A stretch of 64,000 bases of DNA. Origin: Podospora anserina (taxonomy: Eukaryota). The notes beneath the pieces were generated by a model that worked only from the letters and a program-made list of their open reading frames with translations, did not search any database and was not told where the DNA came from. This document shows, piece by piece, positions 1 to 13,305 of this stretch; position 1 is the stretch's first letter; the number at the start of each line of letters is the position of its first letter. The position numbers and the translations under genes are program-made. The stretch spans positions 992,001 to 1,056,000 of the forward strand of contig JAFMPO010000001.1 in NCBI GenBank assembly GCA_017654855.1, given 5' to 3'.

Positions 1-1146
1 ACTTTTCCAGATAAGAGTAAAATCCAGATATTTCGCCAAGTTTTAACACCCCAAATATATTCATGAGACTGCCGGTGTTGCTCTCCCTCATCTGGTGTCA
101 GTTTGATATGGTTTGTGATGATTCCGAGCAAGCACGACGCACTGACGTTCTACCTCAACCTCAACAGTGCACGGACAATTTACAGTGACGTGAATTTGCA
201 GGCGTGCACGGACCCCGCAAACCAGCCTATATATTTCACAGTCCCGGCCCCACATTTACTGGTTTCCTTTTTTCTTCTTCATACTTACCTTGGCCAACCT
301 CCGGGAGATCACGAATTCCTAGGGGTAGGGTGACTAACCTTCATTGCACATCGAGGAGTTTGGTTGTCTTTAATTGCCCTTCGGGGTCGTTATGGCCGCA
401 ATTTTTGATGTTTACCTCTCTTTTTCATTATGTACCCGACTCTGTTGGGCCATGAGGAAGAAGCCTCTTTTTTTTTGTGGTGATGTAAATCAAGGTAATC
501 CGTAGCCCCGAAGATGATTGTGTCGGTTCACAACTGAGTTGGACTGACGAACGATATGGTCGCAGAAACTATTTCAAGCCGAATATTTCCAGCGGCCCCG
601 CCTTGGTGCAGGCCGATCACCAAAGCGCAAATCACGTCCTTCTGGGCGGTCCGTGACTCCGTCTCACCAAGGCATCTTTGGCTTCCGGCTTTGACCACTC
701 TCGACGAGATCACCGAGGCATTGCACTTGCCAAAAAGTCCAGACGTCTGTCTAACTTGAAGAAATTTGTTTGTTCAACATGCTAAGGCCCGGCTTGGAGA
801 CCGCCGGGGAATTCGCAGTTTCAGATTGTCATCGCACCAGGGCACCGGCACACAGGTCTTTGCTTGAAGAAGGATCCGATCTGGCCTGACCTCGCTGACG
901 GGCAGAGCTGTTCTGACATTTGCTATCCGAATAGGGCCCTCCCTTACATTCCTCAGAGCGGCGCGGCATGGAACGTGTCAAACCGCGCCTCGTCTCACCC
1001 AGTACCAACGCTCAAAACCACAGCGGTCCTCTTGCTCGACCAGTCGGCTGTGCCTCAATACGAACCGTAGATCTGCACATTTCTTCTCCCGTTGTCAACT
1101 CCAAATCAACAACCAGAAGAAGTATCATGATCATTGTGGACAATCA

Positions 1147-2142
1147 ATGATCGAAATCATGTCGTCAACAGCGCCCTCACCACCGCCTGTGCCAGAGAAG
1201 ACGCCAGTTCGACCCTATTATGCGCCTCTGGTTCCCTCCCCACTGAACCCGAAGAACTGCTTCCAAACACCCCCCCCAACATCACCACCAGGATCTCCAT
1301 CTCCCAGAACACCACCACCTAAAAGACCCAGTCTCCGCAGGCCAGCCTCCCAGACGAGCCCGACTCAGATCCTTCTTCGTCAAAAGGCCGCCGCCGCCTT
1401 TAGGTCAGAGAGCCTGATCAAGGCTTACAGCAGCAACAACAACAACAACAACAACTACATCTCCCTCGGGAGCAGTCGCCGCCACGCCAGCAGCCGGAAC
1501 CCATTCCTCAACATGATCCAGCACCAGAACCTCACAACCGCTGATACCATCGACATTCTCTATTCCCTGGATATTGACGATGATGACGACACCAACCCCA
1601 CAGGCGACCTCGGTCTGATCACGCCAGGCAACAACACCAGCAACAAGCCACTGCCGCCAGTCCCCATGCCCCCTCCTCTATTTTCGTCTTCTTCCCCAGG
1701 GCAGGACCCCAACAGCGACAGCCCACCAGAGCGAGAAGACCATCGGCTTCAAGAAAAAGATGATCTCGACCTCCTTAGTTCAACCCCCTATTACGAGGAC
1801 TACGACTACGACCACAGAGACAAGGAGGAGATCGACCTCGAGAACGGCTGTTACTTTGAGCGGGAAAGGGCAACACTACCCTCGGGAAGGACAGCCTCTT
1901 TTGACGACTCGGGAGGGAGGGGACGATCGACGCTAGGGAAGGCAAGACGCGGTGGTGGCAGTGGTGCTGAACACAGGTCAGGGGTCACAAGGCTTGTGAT
2001 CCACCTTGGCCGGGGGCTGGTGATACTGGGGATCGTGATCTGGTTTGTGCTGCTTCACGGGCTTTTGAGGACCTTTGGCGGGGCGAGGAGGCCTCCTCCT
2101 CCTGACTCCAGCTTGGGGTCTGCTTCTGATTTGGAGGCATAG
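1147..2142 (+). CDS. Uncharacterised Pro/Ser-rich protein with one C-terminal transmembrane segment (331 aa; start may be ATG 1159)
   Basis: Single long ORF with protein-like composition: Pro-rich N-terminus, poly-Asn, acidic middle, and a hydrophobic GLVILGIVIWFVLLHGLL near the C-terminus. A T-rich 3' UTR follows. No family recognised. Confidence 0.75.
   Translation: MIEIMSSTAPSPPPVPEKTPVRPYYAPLVPSPLNPKNCFQTPPPTSPPGSPSPRTPPPKRPSLRRPASQTSPTQILLRQKAAAAFRSESLIKAYSSNNNNNNNYISLGSSRRHASSRNPFLNMIQHQNLTTADTIDILYSLDIDDDDDTNPTGDLGLITPGNNTSNKPLPPVPMPPPLFSSSSPGQDPNSDSPPEREDHRLQEKDDLDLLSSTPYYEDYDYDHRDKEEIDLENGCYFERERATLPSGRTASFDDSGGRGRSTLGKARRGGGSGAEHRSGVTRLVIHLGRGLVILGIVIWFVLLHGLLRTFGGARRPPPPDSSLGSASDLEA
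1435..1455 (+). repeat. (AAC)7 coding microsatellite (poly-Asn)
   Basis: Read directly: aacaacaacaacaacaacaac. Confidence 0.9.
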
Positions 2143-2946
2143 ACATCGATTCCATTCTTCTTCTGATGGCGAGCCTTTTTTTCCCCCCCTTTTTTTTCTC
2201 CTCTTGTTCCATTTCTTTGGTATCGGACTCAACGGCTGGCGACAACTTGGGGGCTTTTTGGTTCTTTTTCTGGTTGCATTAAATAGATCAAGAAGGTTGG
2301 GGGCAGGAGTCCAAAACGGCGGGGGAAGGACCGGGCTTGTTACGTTTTGTGTACATATATTCAGCATTTTAAGTTGCATTACAGGGGCGCGGGTTTTCTG
2401 TGGCTTCAGGACACGGCAGCTCAGGGTATGTGTGGTTCACGAAAGACGTCAAGATCACATTTTCACAAACATACACGCCGTTTCTGTCTTCCGTCTTCCG
2501 TTAAAGTTACCATGACCCACCGGAGCCTTGATTTGCCAACTCGCTAGGCGTGGAACCGCTTAATGCAAACTACCTGAGCAAAAGTAATGGGACTGGAGAA
2601 CCAGAGAGCCCATTTGGACTGTGGGCGACTGATTCCTTGCTACTTAGGGTGCCATCATGGATGAAAAAGGCTACAAATGCACCTGACCAAGCCCAACCTG
2701 ACCCTCCCAAATCCCTTGCCCGACCCTCAAAAGAAAAACTTATCAACTGTTTACTGGGCGTTGATGGCTAAAGCCGAACCTTGCCCGGTTTGTTGTTTCC
2801 CTGTCGCTCCCCATATCCATCGTTCTGCGAGATACAAACAATTTAGCAACTCCGTTCCCCATCCACCTCTTTTTTCGCTGTCCGGTTGTTTGTTTCCTCT
2901 CTATAAATACCCTCGTCTTCGGCCCCAGCAACCCGACGAAGTGATA

Positions 2947-5541
2947 TTACGCCAGATAACCGAGCTCATCGTCCTCCAAGCGCTCGAGGTACTCCTTGTC
3001 GAGCAAAATCTCGATACACTTCTTGATATCGGCAACCTTGGGCACAAAACGGGACCGGATTTGGTTAATGGTTTCGGAAACGAGCTGCTGGTGCTTCATC
3101 TTCTTGCGGGCCTTCATGATGCGGACAATGGCAGACTAGGTGTCCATGTTAGCATTTGATTCGTCCTCTTGGGACCATGGAAAAATAAGAGGACATACCT
3201 GAAGCAACAGTTTCCTGTCTTCTTCAATCGTCTTGTTCGTCTCTGCCTCCTCCTGCTTCGTCTCGCTCTTCATGCCAACGTTCAGATTGACCCTGTACTT
3301 CTTGTTCTTGAAGTCGAGGTTCAGAGAATACGTATTGCCAGGCCCCACCTTGGCACCAGAATCACAGGTCAGGACCTTGGCTTTGAGGCAGACCAGGAGC
3401 GCTGGATCCAGAGATTCGCTGTTGAGCTGAGTTGTTTGCGCAATTTCCTCATACGTGTTTTGAAGCTTTTCGTTGAACAGAAGCAAGATGGCCATCTGAT
3501 ACACAGATACTGAAAATGTGTATGGCATCTTGGCGTTTCGAACATAGTTCGCCTTGATGTCTCCCTTGCAAAGCTGCCACAACCAGGTGAGCTTCCGGCC
3601 ATCGTGCTTGTGCTTATAGAAACGTGTGAAGCGCTCGCAATCTTGCGCAATTTCCTCCGGTGGGTTGAAGTTTGTCCCCGGGGCAGTCAGGGGCCAGAAA
3701 CCTGTGCCCAGTACCGAGTAGGTAGAGTCCAAGTTCTTGCCCTCGATGCTGGCCTGTACGTGCCCCTTGAAGCCAGTATTCAGATCTTTGGAGATCTGCA
3801 TATCCTGGAACATGCGCTGCAGCTTGCTGGTGTACTCGAATCCGCACGCCTCCTTGAGCTTGCTGATCATGCTAGTCTCGGCGTCATCGGACGACGAGTT
3901 GCTGTGAACCAACCGGCGAGCCAACATGCGAGAGTAGAACTTTTGAAAGACATCTTTGTCCTCAATGTATTTGAACACAGTCATGATCTGCGCCAAAGTC
4001 TCCTCCAGAGCACCATCTTCCACACCAGTGCTGCTCTTGCGCAAAAGGATATCGGTATACTTGGCCAGGAGCTCCGGCGACTTGTTGGATCCAGACTTGC
4101 AGACTTCATTGCGGTTGACGAATTCCCTGCACGCGTTATCGAGGGATCTTGTAAACTCGGCCTCATCGTTGAACGCGCGCTTGACCAAGCCTTGATACTG
4201 CGTGTGAATCTCAAGTAGCGCATCCACGTAGACCTTGGGCTCCAACTTGTCGGCATCGGAGGCCACCTTGGCGACAGCAGCCAATCCGGCCTTGCGAACG
4301 TGATTTTCGAATTTGGCCCGCAAGGGGTCGAGGCCACCAGCAATGCGCGAAAGCAAACTGTACATGCGCGCCATGTCTTCCTCCCTGTCATTATCAAGGA
4401 GAACCTGAAACTCGTCGCGGAGCAGATTGCTGTGGTCCTCAATGAGCACCTGGTTACAAGCCTTCTTGAGCTGGATAATTATGTCCCCGATCAAGTATAG
4501 CTGCACTCGGTTTTCCTCCTCCTCCAGACGTGCCTCGGCTTTCTTCATGAACTCAACAACGCTGTTCTCGGCAAGGAACTGCTTGCTCTCGTTCGTGTAA
4601 AATACTTTGGTCGCCTCAAGGAATGGCTTCTCGAAATGGAAGCGATAGACGTTGAGCGTGGGCTTGTGGGAGTCGTTCTCGTCGAGTCCCAAGGAGATGA
4701 AGGAGTCGACAACCAGTTTGATCTGGTTGTATTCGATGGTTTCGCCGTTGCGGTGCTTCTCCACCAGTTTAAGGACCGAGTCCATGACTTTGTGGACAAC
4801 TTGGTGAAAGAGGACATCGCGCCATTTGACGAGGTGCAGGGTGTAGACATCGTACACCGACTTCTTGCCCTCGTCCATCTCCCGCTTTACCCAGTGGCGG
4901 TTCAGGTACCCGAAGATATGGTGAATGTACTTTGCGGCGTTGGTGTAACGATTCCACTCCCGAATGTAGAAGGCTAGAAGAGCCTCTTCAGTGTGACTCT
5001 TCGATTCCTCCACAAGACCCGTCAGATGCTGTGCCAAATACTCATTGAGCAGCTTGTACAGGTCCTCTCCCAGTAAGTGTGCTACAGAGCCAAGTCAGCA
5101 ATTCAAAGCGTCTAGACAACCAACGGAGACACTGACCACCTCTATGAGCTCCAAGCGAACCAGCGTTGAAGCTGACAGCCTTCTGGCTCGTGCAAAAATT
5201 GTGAACCGTTCTGGAGATGCATAGTCAGTGTCGAGAACGTGAGGGCTCGGTAGGAAGGGTTCGAAACGAACGTGTAGAGTTTCATGTACTGCCCGCGGCG
5301 AGGTTAGCGATGCGCCCATTCACGGATGTAGGAGGGAGACATACGTCGGCGAGGTTCAGGCCGCTGTGGAGGTTTGTCATGATGCCATCGATGCCCGTTC
5401 GTAGGGTGAGCCATCTAAGTCACATCAGCAGGCGTTCCTTCGCATCGGGGCGGCCTGGGCAAGACAGGCTTGGGCCTGGACGTACGTGCTGTCGACATCA
5501 TCACGGGTGTGAGAGGCACCCGAAAACGCTGGTGGAGGCAT
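2947..5541 (-). CDS. CUL1: Cullin-1 (Cdc53), SCF scaffold; 6 exons including a 17-nt micro-exon at 5272-5288
   Basis: Cullin motifs [40 protein letters not shown] and the neddylation region [12 protein letters not shown] at 5541 (MPPPAFSG). Last intron 3136-3198; stop TAA at 2947-2949 after ...ELGYLA. Confidence 0.97.
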
Positions 5542-6807
5542 CTTCTGAAAAGTATTGAAGTCTCCCACGGAAAGACAACGGTGGACTAGACACGACGGCG
5601 AGGTGTTCGGTGAGGTGGTGTAAGTTGGTGTGACCAGGATGGATTAATTGACAGCCCAGGAAGGACGAGCAAGGGCTCTGGTTCAAACGGCAGGACGGGG
5701 TTGTCGCGGCGGGCAGGTGCGCTCTGGATCGGGGGGAAGCCCAGGAATAAAAGAAGGATGCCGTCGATTCGCCGGTGCAAACTGTTGATTCGCAGATAGA
5801 GGGCTTCGTTCGCAAGTGAGGCCTTCGGTATGTCTGGTCGAGATTCTGCCGGGTCCTGGCCTGGTGGACGTCAGTTGGTGCCAGGCAGCCGCTACCTGAA
5901 AGGCCAAATCGGGTGTGGGGCAGCCAGAGGTGCAGTGGGCGTGGCGGGGAATAGATTTACTGTCAGTCGTAAGGTGGGCAGCGCAAGAACTTCTGCGAGA
6001 TTTGAGTTCTCTGAAAATTGGTGAATAGTCTGATTTTCTGCAAAATGTGAAGGGGACTACAAAAAAGTCCCCACCATTTGCTCCCAAAGATCAACGAGGC
6101 TCCAGGTTGTTGGCAACCTTTGGTGGCGTTGGCGTTCGTGCCAGCATCACCTTACACGTCAAAAAGTGCTACAAATTAGTAGGTTCTGCATACTGGACAC
6201 TCTAGGTGCAGACATATCAGATTGCTGTACAAACTCCCAAGGTACCCAGAGCAGACTACTTGCAGCATTTATAGATATATTTCTGTTTCATGACTCCAGG
6301 TACCTGCTAGGCAGAAAAACGGCGTTGTCATCGCCCAGCATACTGGCTTTTCTGTCAACGGCATGGCACTTCAGGCAGGAAACTCAAGGTTCACCATCCA
6401 CCTCGGTCTGTCCTGCGCGAAACTATCCAATCCTAATCACCAAGGCACAGTCTGATAAACGATAGGCGTCAGCAAGCGCACGGACAACGGTAGGCACACC
6501 AGGCAAGAGTCAGAAAACAACTTGGAACAACACTGAACAGCTGTTTTGACGATTCCGCTACCATTCAATCTCATCCAAGACTCGACAATATTCTAGAAAG
6601 TAGATTATGTTGTCCGATCCCGTGTCGAACGCTGAGGGTATACTGCTATCCTTCCCAAGAAAGAAAAGAAAGAAAAGAGAAGAGAAACCTTTCCCGCCCA
6701 AACCCAGCCCCCACATTCCCACCTCTACACCCTTAACTTGGAAAAATCTCGCTCCATGATCCGAATCTTGCCTCTCGCCATCTGAGGAGCTCACTCATCC
6801 CAGATCC

Positions 6808-7970
6808 CTATCTACGTTCGTCTTCGCCCCTTCCCAGCTTCTGTACGAGGCGGAATACGTTCACGGTGAAAGTGAAGCTCCATGATATCAAACCGACGGT
6901 CTGAAACGCAGCCAACGCTTGACTGTATTGGCTCACCTGACGGTCCAAGGAGTTGTGAAAGACGAGGGCCTCGAAGGCCAGTGTTGTGCTTGCGGATTTG
7001 AATATAATGAAAAACAAGTCCATCAGGACAAGCGAAATCTTCTGTGTGGCTGGCCGCAGTCCCAATGGCTTGCCAGTGTATTCATCCCATGTCATGTAGC
7101 CGATATAGGGGACCGCTACCGTATCTACCACGATAGCGACAATGGACTGTGTCCGTTCCGAAGTGTTTGTTTCCGTCTCGCCGTTTTCTATTTGGAAGAT
7201 CTTGGCTGAGAGGGCGAGAGCCACTATGGAGGTGAGGAGAACCGTAAGGCGGAAAGCCAAAGGCACCAATGGGTGTTGTAAGATGACCCGCCAAGCTCTC
7301 TTGTAGAGCAGTTTGTTCCTTGCGGACCGGTTTCCGGCTGAGTCGAGAAGTCGTGGCGGCTCAATGGGGTTATCGAAGCTGGGCTGGAGCTCTTTAAGCA
7401 CCTCGGGGTCAACGATCTGAGCATGTTCCCCTGGAAGATGGCCGTATCGAGAGGATTGCAGATAGCTTCGCCATGGTGAGTTGGGTGTTGCCCGGCTATA
7501 TCGAGGCACAATCACAGGCTCGGCTGAGCGCAAGTGGTCCCATTTCCTCCCTCGCTCCGCAGCATCTTTGCGCAAAATGAATTTTCGTAACCTTGCTCGC
7601 GAGGTCCTCGGTGCCTCATCAGTAGGTAACACGCCTCCAAAATCGTACACGTAGCCATCTTTGGAGATCCGTCGTTGGGGCTGGCTGGGGGAATGATTGT
7701 GGTGAGATTGCGCGGCCCGGGGAGGGGGGCAGTCAAGTGCGCGGAGCTGGTCTTCGGTCGGCGACCCGTACCGTGCTTCGTAGGAGTCTATCCATGCTGG
7801 AAAGTGTCAGATAATTCATGGGCTGGCATTGATAAAGGAAACATACGTGGCAGGGATCGCGGTGTATGGTGTCGAGTGGTGTTGGAAGCGGCAACGCTGC
7901 TTCGCGACCTGAGGGAAGCGCGAGGTTCAGAAACATTGGAGCTGGAGCGCGGGAGGCCCGCAGATGCCAT
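6808..7970 (-). CDS. SRF1: Srf1-like multi-pass membrane protein (putative regulator of phospholipase D)
   Basis: ATG 7970 (MASAGLPR). Intron 7797-7846 (GTATGT...CTGAC...CAG) joins RSLPPWIDSYE into ORF 6808-7650. Four C-terminal hydrophobic segments and a DEYTGKPLGLR motif that I recognise from Srf1-family proteins. Confidence 0.75.
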
Positions 7971-9113
7971 TATCAAAACGATCGAGCAGAGGTTATTCAA
8001 CTCTGCCGTCGATCTAGAGGAGCGTCAACAAGTGGGGATGAAACAACATCCAGCGAGCGAAGTCATTCAATCAAAGCGATCGGGCGGTCGAGATTGCTGG
8101 CGAGCATGCAGAAAAGCGATCAAAATTCCAGAATTGCCAGCGCATGGTCAACTCGGCGATGACGGCGGAGCATTCGATAGTGTTTTACTTAAACACACGA
8201 CACATGTTGCTTCTCCTGCGAGGTCGAGTTCGTCGAGACCATCTGATTGTAACATGCGCCGTGGTTGGCCTGGAGGGTCTGTGTTTGTTTGTGTGCCGCT
8301 GAGCACTGGCTTGGAAGCGCTGGCTGGTATTGGGGGACTTGGCGGCTGTGGGCTGTTTTGCAAGTTTGGGTAGCACCGCGCTCGCTGTTATCCCTGCTGG
8401 CACGGGCCGCATGACCTCTTCACTCCACTCAGCTGCAAAGACAAGCCGGATGGAAGCTATGACGACAGTGTGAAGATATCCGATACCCTTTCTTCAGCAG
8501 ATAGTCTAGGTACATGATGAAATCGCCAGTATGGGAGACCCTTGACCAATAATACTACAGCACACTGGAGTCAGGTTTCAATATGTATGTAGCCCACGTC
8601 CACCTCAAGGCAATTGGTATCTCAGAAACAATGGGTGGTTGGGCGAGTGCCGCTGCATCAGGACAGTAAGTGGAGTCTCTAATCAAAAGCTCACAGTCGG
8701 ACATCAGAGCCGGGCAGCGGCAAGCTCGCAATGTTCATAACGCTGTCAAGAGCCGCAAACCGTCTCTTCAAGGTTTGAGAGAGATCCAAGTCCTTTTGTA
8801 CCTGAAAGCCATAATTGGAACCCCTTGGCAGGCCTCCAGTAACGGCAACGCAAGCAATTCGCCTCCCACAGTCCCGTCGCGTTATCCCAAAGGGTCTGGC
8901 TCGCCAACAAGGATTCGGATGCTTAATCAATGACGGGGACTGGAACTCCACTGCTCGTGCAAGCGGGCTGGCCCACTAGCTAGTGTAACGTCATCCAATG
9001 GGAGCTCCCTAAATCACAAGGAACTGCGTCACTGCCCCTTCTAGCCCACGAGAAGCTTCAAAGTACCCCAGTCAGCATAGAAGAGCTCAAAATTGTTGAA
9101 GAAATCGTCAAAC

Positions 9114-9139
9114 CCAGCTCCAGCTCCAGCTCCAGCTCC
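9114..9139 (+). repeat. (CCAGCT)4 hexamer repeat in the divergent intergenic region
   Basis: Read directly: ccagctccagctccagctccagctcc. Confidence 0.85.
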
Positions 9140-9473
9140 GTACACTAGGGAGAGTACGCGGTCAGCCTGTCGACTTGCCACCACGAAGAGGCCTTGCGAC
9201 AACAAACTCAACAAAACTGAGATTGACCATGGGCGGCCGCTGGCTCGGATTCTGGATTTGAGAAGGAGCAAAAAAATCCCATACAAAAGCCCATTCGCTT
9301 CTTTCTTATTTTTCGCCTTTACGCAGCACAGGATTTTACAAAAGACGGAGCGGTGCTTCGGGACGAAACGAATTTCCTTTCAGAGGCAACCCAGGGCAAC
9401 AGCAACATTTTTTTTCTCCCGCGCGCAACACTCTTGACAAGGGACACCCACCAAACTACGGCAGGACGCTACG

Positions 9474-10401
9474 ATGCGTCTTTACCTCTTGCCCATCTCC
9501 ACGAGACGGACGCTGCTTTACTGCCAAAAGCTAGACGCGCCCGCAACACAGAAGCAGACGTGGGGGGATTGGCTCCAGGGCAAAGCGGCGCGCACATGGT
9601 CCGACTGGGAGCAGAAAGAGAAGGGCTGGCAAAAGAAGGTCGTCAGCTACGGCAACTACGCGCTCCGCCGGATCCCCTACGAGGAATGGGGTCTCAAGTC
9701 GGTGCCCCCGCTCTCCCAGCGCAGGAAGCAGGTCGAGCTGCGGGGCGATGAGAAGGTCGAGGTGGTGTATCCGAAGAGCCTGTTGCCCCTGGGGAAAGTC
9801 TCCAAGATCCTGGAGGCCTTGGCCACCGAGAGGGAAAGCTTGCACAAGCAGAGGTTGGCGTGGTGTTTTGTTGGCATGCCCGTCACGATACCCATTGGGC
9901 TGCTCCCCGTGTACGTGTACGCCCCAATTCACCAGGGTTTTGTTTTGGCCTGCTGACAACCGTGAATTCAGAATCCCCAATCTTCCCTTTTTCTATCTCA
10001 TCTACCGTGCCTGGTCTCACTGGCGTGCCTACGCAGGAGGGAAGCACATCCAGTTCCTACTCAAAAACAACCTCCTAACCTACACCCCATCCCCCGTGGT
10101 GGACGCTGTATATGCCGGTCAAGAGCAGCCGCTGCCGTCCACGCCAGAGCCAACCACCAGCCCGAACGCGGAACTGCTCGGTAACGAGAAGGTCCCAGGG
10201 CCTGAGAATCCTCATCCAGAGGGGGAGACCATGCTGCTGAATCAGGCCAACGGGCGGAAGATGACCCAAGCGTTGGACCTACCGCAGTTGGAAATCGAAT
10301 TGGAGAGGGCCATCTGGCAGGTGGAAACGGCGGTTCAGCTCAGCAAGGAGGACATTGCCGAGGAAAATTCAAGGGGTGGCGATGAGAAAAAGACGCAATG
10401 A
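9474..10401 (+). CDS. Mitochondrial K+/H+ exchange-related protein (Mit_KHE1 / YDL183C-like)
   Basis: N-terminus MRLYLLPISTRRTLLYC, plus RIPYEEWGLKS. Intron 9911-9971 gives LLPVIPNLPFFYLIYRAWSHWRA, characteristic of this family. Confidence 0.85.
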
Positions 10402-10849
10402 CATGGTTTGACGAGACATTCTGGAAGGGCGACGAGTGTCAATGTTGATAATGGCTGTATGATTTTGTATTTACTACCTTTGTTCACGCAGCGAATAGCA
10501 CTGGTGCATGGGAGATAGAGCAGGGCATGCATGGATCAGAAGCCGGCGTTCGACGAATACACGATACCCACTCAACTCGACTCTATGCCAGTACATGAGT
10601 GTTGGAACAAAGCCTTGGGACTGTAGAAGTGCTATGTCTAGAAGCCTAAGCAGCCGAGTGAGATATTTCAGCCATAATTATACACCATTGAGGAGCAAAT
10701 TTGTAAAGGAGCGCCAAGCAAGTATGCCGTTATTAAACAAAGTATTAGGTATTCCATTCATTCCAAGGGGACTGTTCATCCAAGGCTATGGCTACAGAAC
10801 TCTATGATACTCCTTCCTTTCCAATTCATTTCCCTTCATCTCTTCTGTT

Positions 10850-13305
10850 TCATCTTTCCCAGGCAGATTGGGCCTTGGCTGCCTCGTCCGCCGCCACCCT
10901 CGACGGAAGCGGTGTTTTCTGAGCTTCCTGGATCCCCTCATCATCACTACCCTCGTCTTTGGCAACCTTGACCACTAGTGGTCCATTTCCGTTCATAGGT
11001 CCTGACTTCTTCTCCTCGGAGACTGACGATGACACAACACCATCGATCCCTCCTGGTTCCTGATCTTCCAGAATTACGCTCTCCTGCGATAGCGGTCTGG
11101 ATTGTCGGGTTGCGACAGGTGAGTCAAACAAGCTCTCCCCGCTGATAGACGAGCCGGCCACCGAACCTCTATTCCCGGCCGCAGCCAGCGGCTGCTTCTC
11201 CTCCGGTAGTCGACTATGCGTGGGGTTTCTCGCTTCAGTCTTGGTCTCCTTCTCAAGCATACCGTCGACAGAGGTCGCACTCCTTGTGCTCATCTGTGAT
11301 TGCCTGTTCTTGTTCTTCACCCAGCCCGAGGTCCAGCCGCCTCCGCCGCCGTTGCTACTCTCGGGAGGACTGGCAGTGGTGGGAGTAGGAGGTGTTGAAC
11401 TGCCGCCGCCCCAAGCCTTCCGCCTCTTCTCCCCTGCCCAAGTAGCCCAGCTGTTGACAAACGCGCCCGCTTTGCTGCCTACTGATTGCGCAGCAGCCTG
11501 TGAGCTCTGTGTTGTTTTGGAAGCTGTCGAGTCAGGAGAATCCCCTCTGTTTTCGGCTTGCTGCTGAGAAGCTGCCTTCTCTTGCTCAATTCTGGCTTCC
11601 TCGGCCTTCTTTCGCTGGGCTTCCCTCATTGCCTCCATGTCCGCATACAATTTATTAAAGATGTTGCTGGCCTTCTCCTTTCCAGCCGCCAAGTTCCGTC
11701 CTAGGGCCTCCTTCCCCTGCGCGAGTTTCTCATCCCAATGCATATCTTGTACCTGCTGCGTTATCCTCCTCTGAACGTCTTCGATGGTCAAGCCTCCAGC
11801 GCAGGGATGTTTTGGTTCGACAATATCAAACAGATGTGAATCAGTGTGCGAATTCCAAATTCGGTAGTTCTCCGTCTTTGACCACGCTTCGACGAAATCA
11901 GAGCCGAAGTCGGTGGAAGGATCGCCTTCAATATAAGGGAGTAACATCCGGGGGTTGTTGGCATGCTTTGCGAGGTGGTTGTGATACTTGACAGACGATA
12001 TCAAAGAAAGTAAGTACTCCTCGAACTGGACGCGGATGAATTCCTCGCTGCCAACATAACCCATAGTTTTCGGACGGCCGGGGTTTGCCTCGTCCCAGGT
12101 ATCATTGACGTTTTGGGTTATAAAGTCAATCCAGCGGCGGTCTGGGGTGGAGAGCTGAAGAGCCGCCTTCAACGAAGTGGACGTGATGTTGATGGTGCCC
12201 TCGTCGAGGTTAATGAGAATGTCGCTATACCGATCTTTCTGCTGTAAAAGTAATGAATTCGTACTGCCCACTATGTACGATTTCGTTCCAAAGTCTGCCA
12301 GAATGTCGAGCTGTTGCAAGGGGGTGTATGGTCCAAACAAACTGCCCTGTACTCTGTGTAAGTCATGAATCGTATTTGCGCCAGGATTCTCATTGACATA
12401 CCTTTGGGAAAATCTGCAGAGGCAGCCCCATATATGCCAGCAGGGAATTCCGGTCGCTAGTCCTCAGGCTTGTTGGCTGCTGGAGATTCTGCTCGTAGTT
12501 GTTCAACTCTGGTCCCGCAGAGTCCTGCAGGTTGCGCAGCAATCCTGGGATCAATGATACCAGTGAAAACTGAGTTAGGCAAAGCCTCTCACATCTTGTT
12601 CCAAAGAACAGCATCTAACCAGCCCACTGTCAGCGCAACGATCCCCAAGTGTTGAAAACCGAGAATACACACCTTTGGCTGCAACAAACAGCATTTCAAC
12701 AGCACTAATGTCTGCCATTTAAACTCCCTGACAAGCTCCCTCAGACTCAGTCCAAGATATTGGTCTCTGTCCTCATCCTCGTTCATCATCCCCCTTTCCT
12801 TCTCATCAGCCAAGCTCTCCTGGAACCTTTTCAGAATCTCCACATCTGTAAACTCCCGCTGCGTAAACCACGCCTTGGTGACCACGCTCAGCCTCTCCCT
12901 AAGCATGCCAAAGTACTGTGGGCTGTCTGCAATCACGACCACGGCTTTTTGCACCGTCGATCTCGTCACCTCGGCCGGTCTGTTGAGCAACAGAGAAGCG
13001 TCCATCTGGCGAGTGCATGAAATCCCAAACAGCGAGGTACCCGCCCCCCCATCTTCCGCAGGTTTCAACAACGTAAAGTAGGAGAAATCCTCGGTCAGAG
13101 CATGCGCGCCGTCGCTGAGGGCCATGAAAGGCAGCAACCCCCAATCATATTCCACCGCCGGGTCGAACCCTTCTGGCTCTGCGCCGAACCATTTTTCGAC
13201 TTCGGGGCCGCGAGCATGGTGGAAATCGACTATGCAGACTAAGGGTGTGAAATGCGGTCTAGCGCTCGCAGCTGTGGTGGGTGTGGGAGGGACAGAGGAC
13301 GACAT
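10850..13305 (-). CDS. AVL9: Avl9, DENN-related late secretory pathway protein
   Basis: Motifs VDFHHARGPEVE, LPFMALSDGAH, LFGISC, TRSTVQKAVVV, PYTPLQQLD and GSEEFIR. Introns 12615-12672 and 12347-12401 join the three ORFs in frame. Confidence 0.93.
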
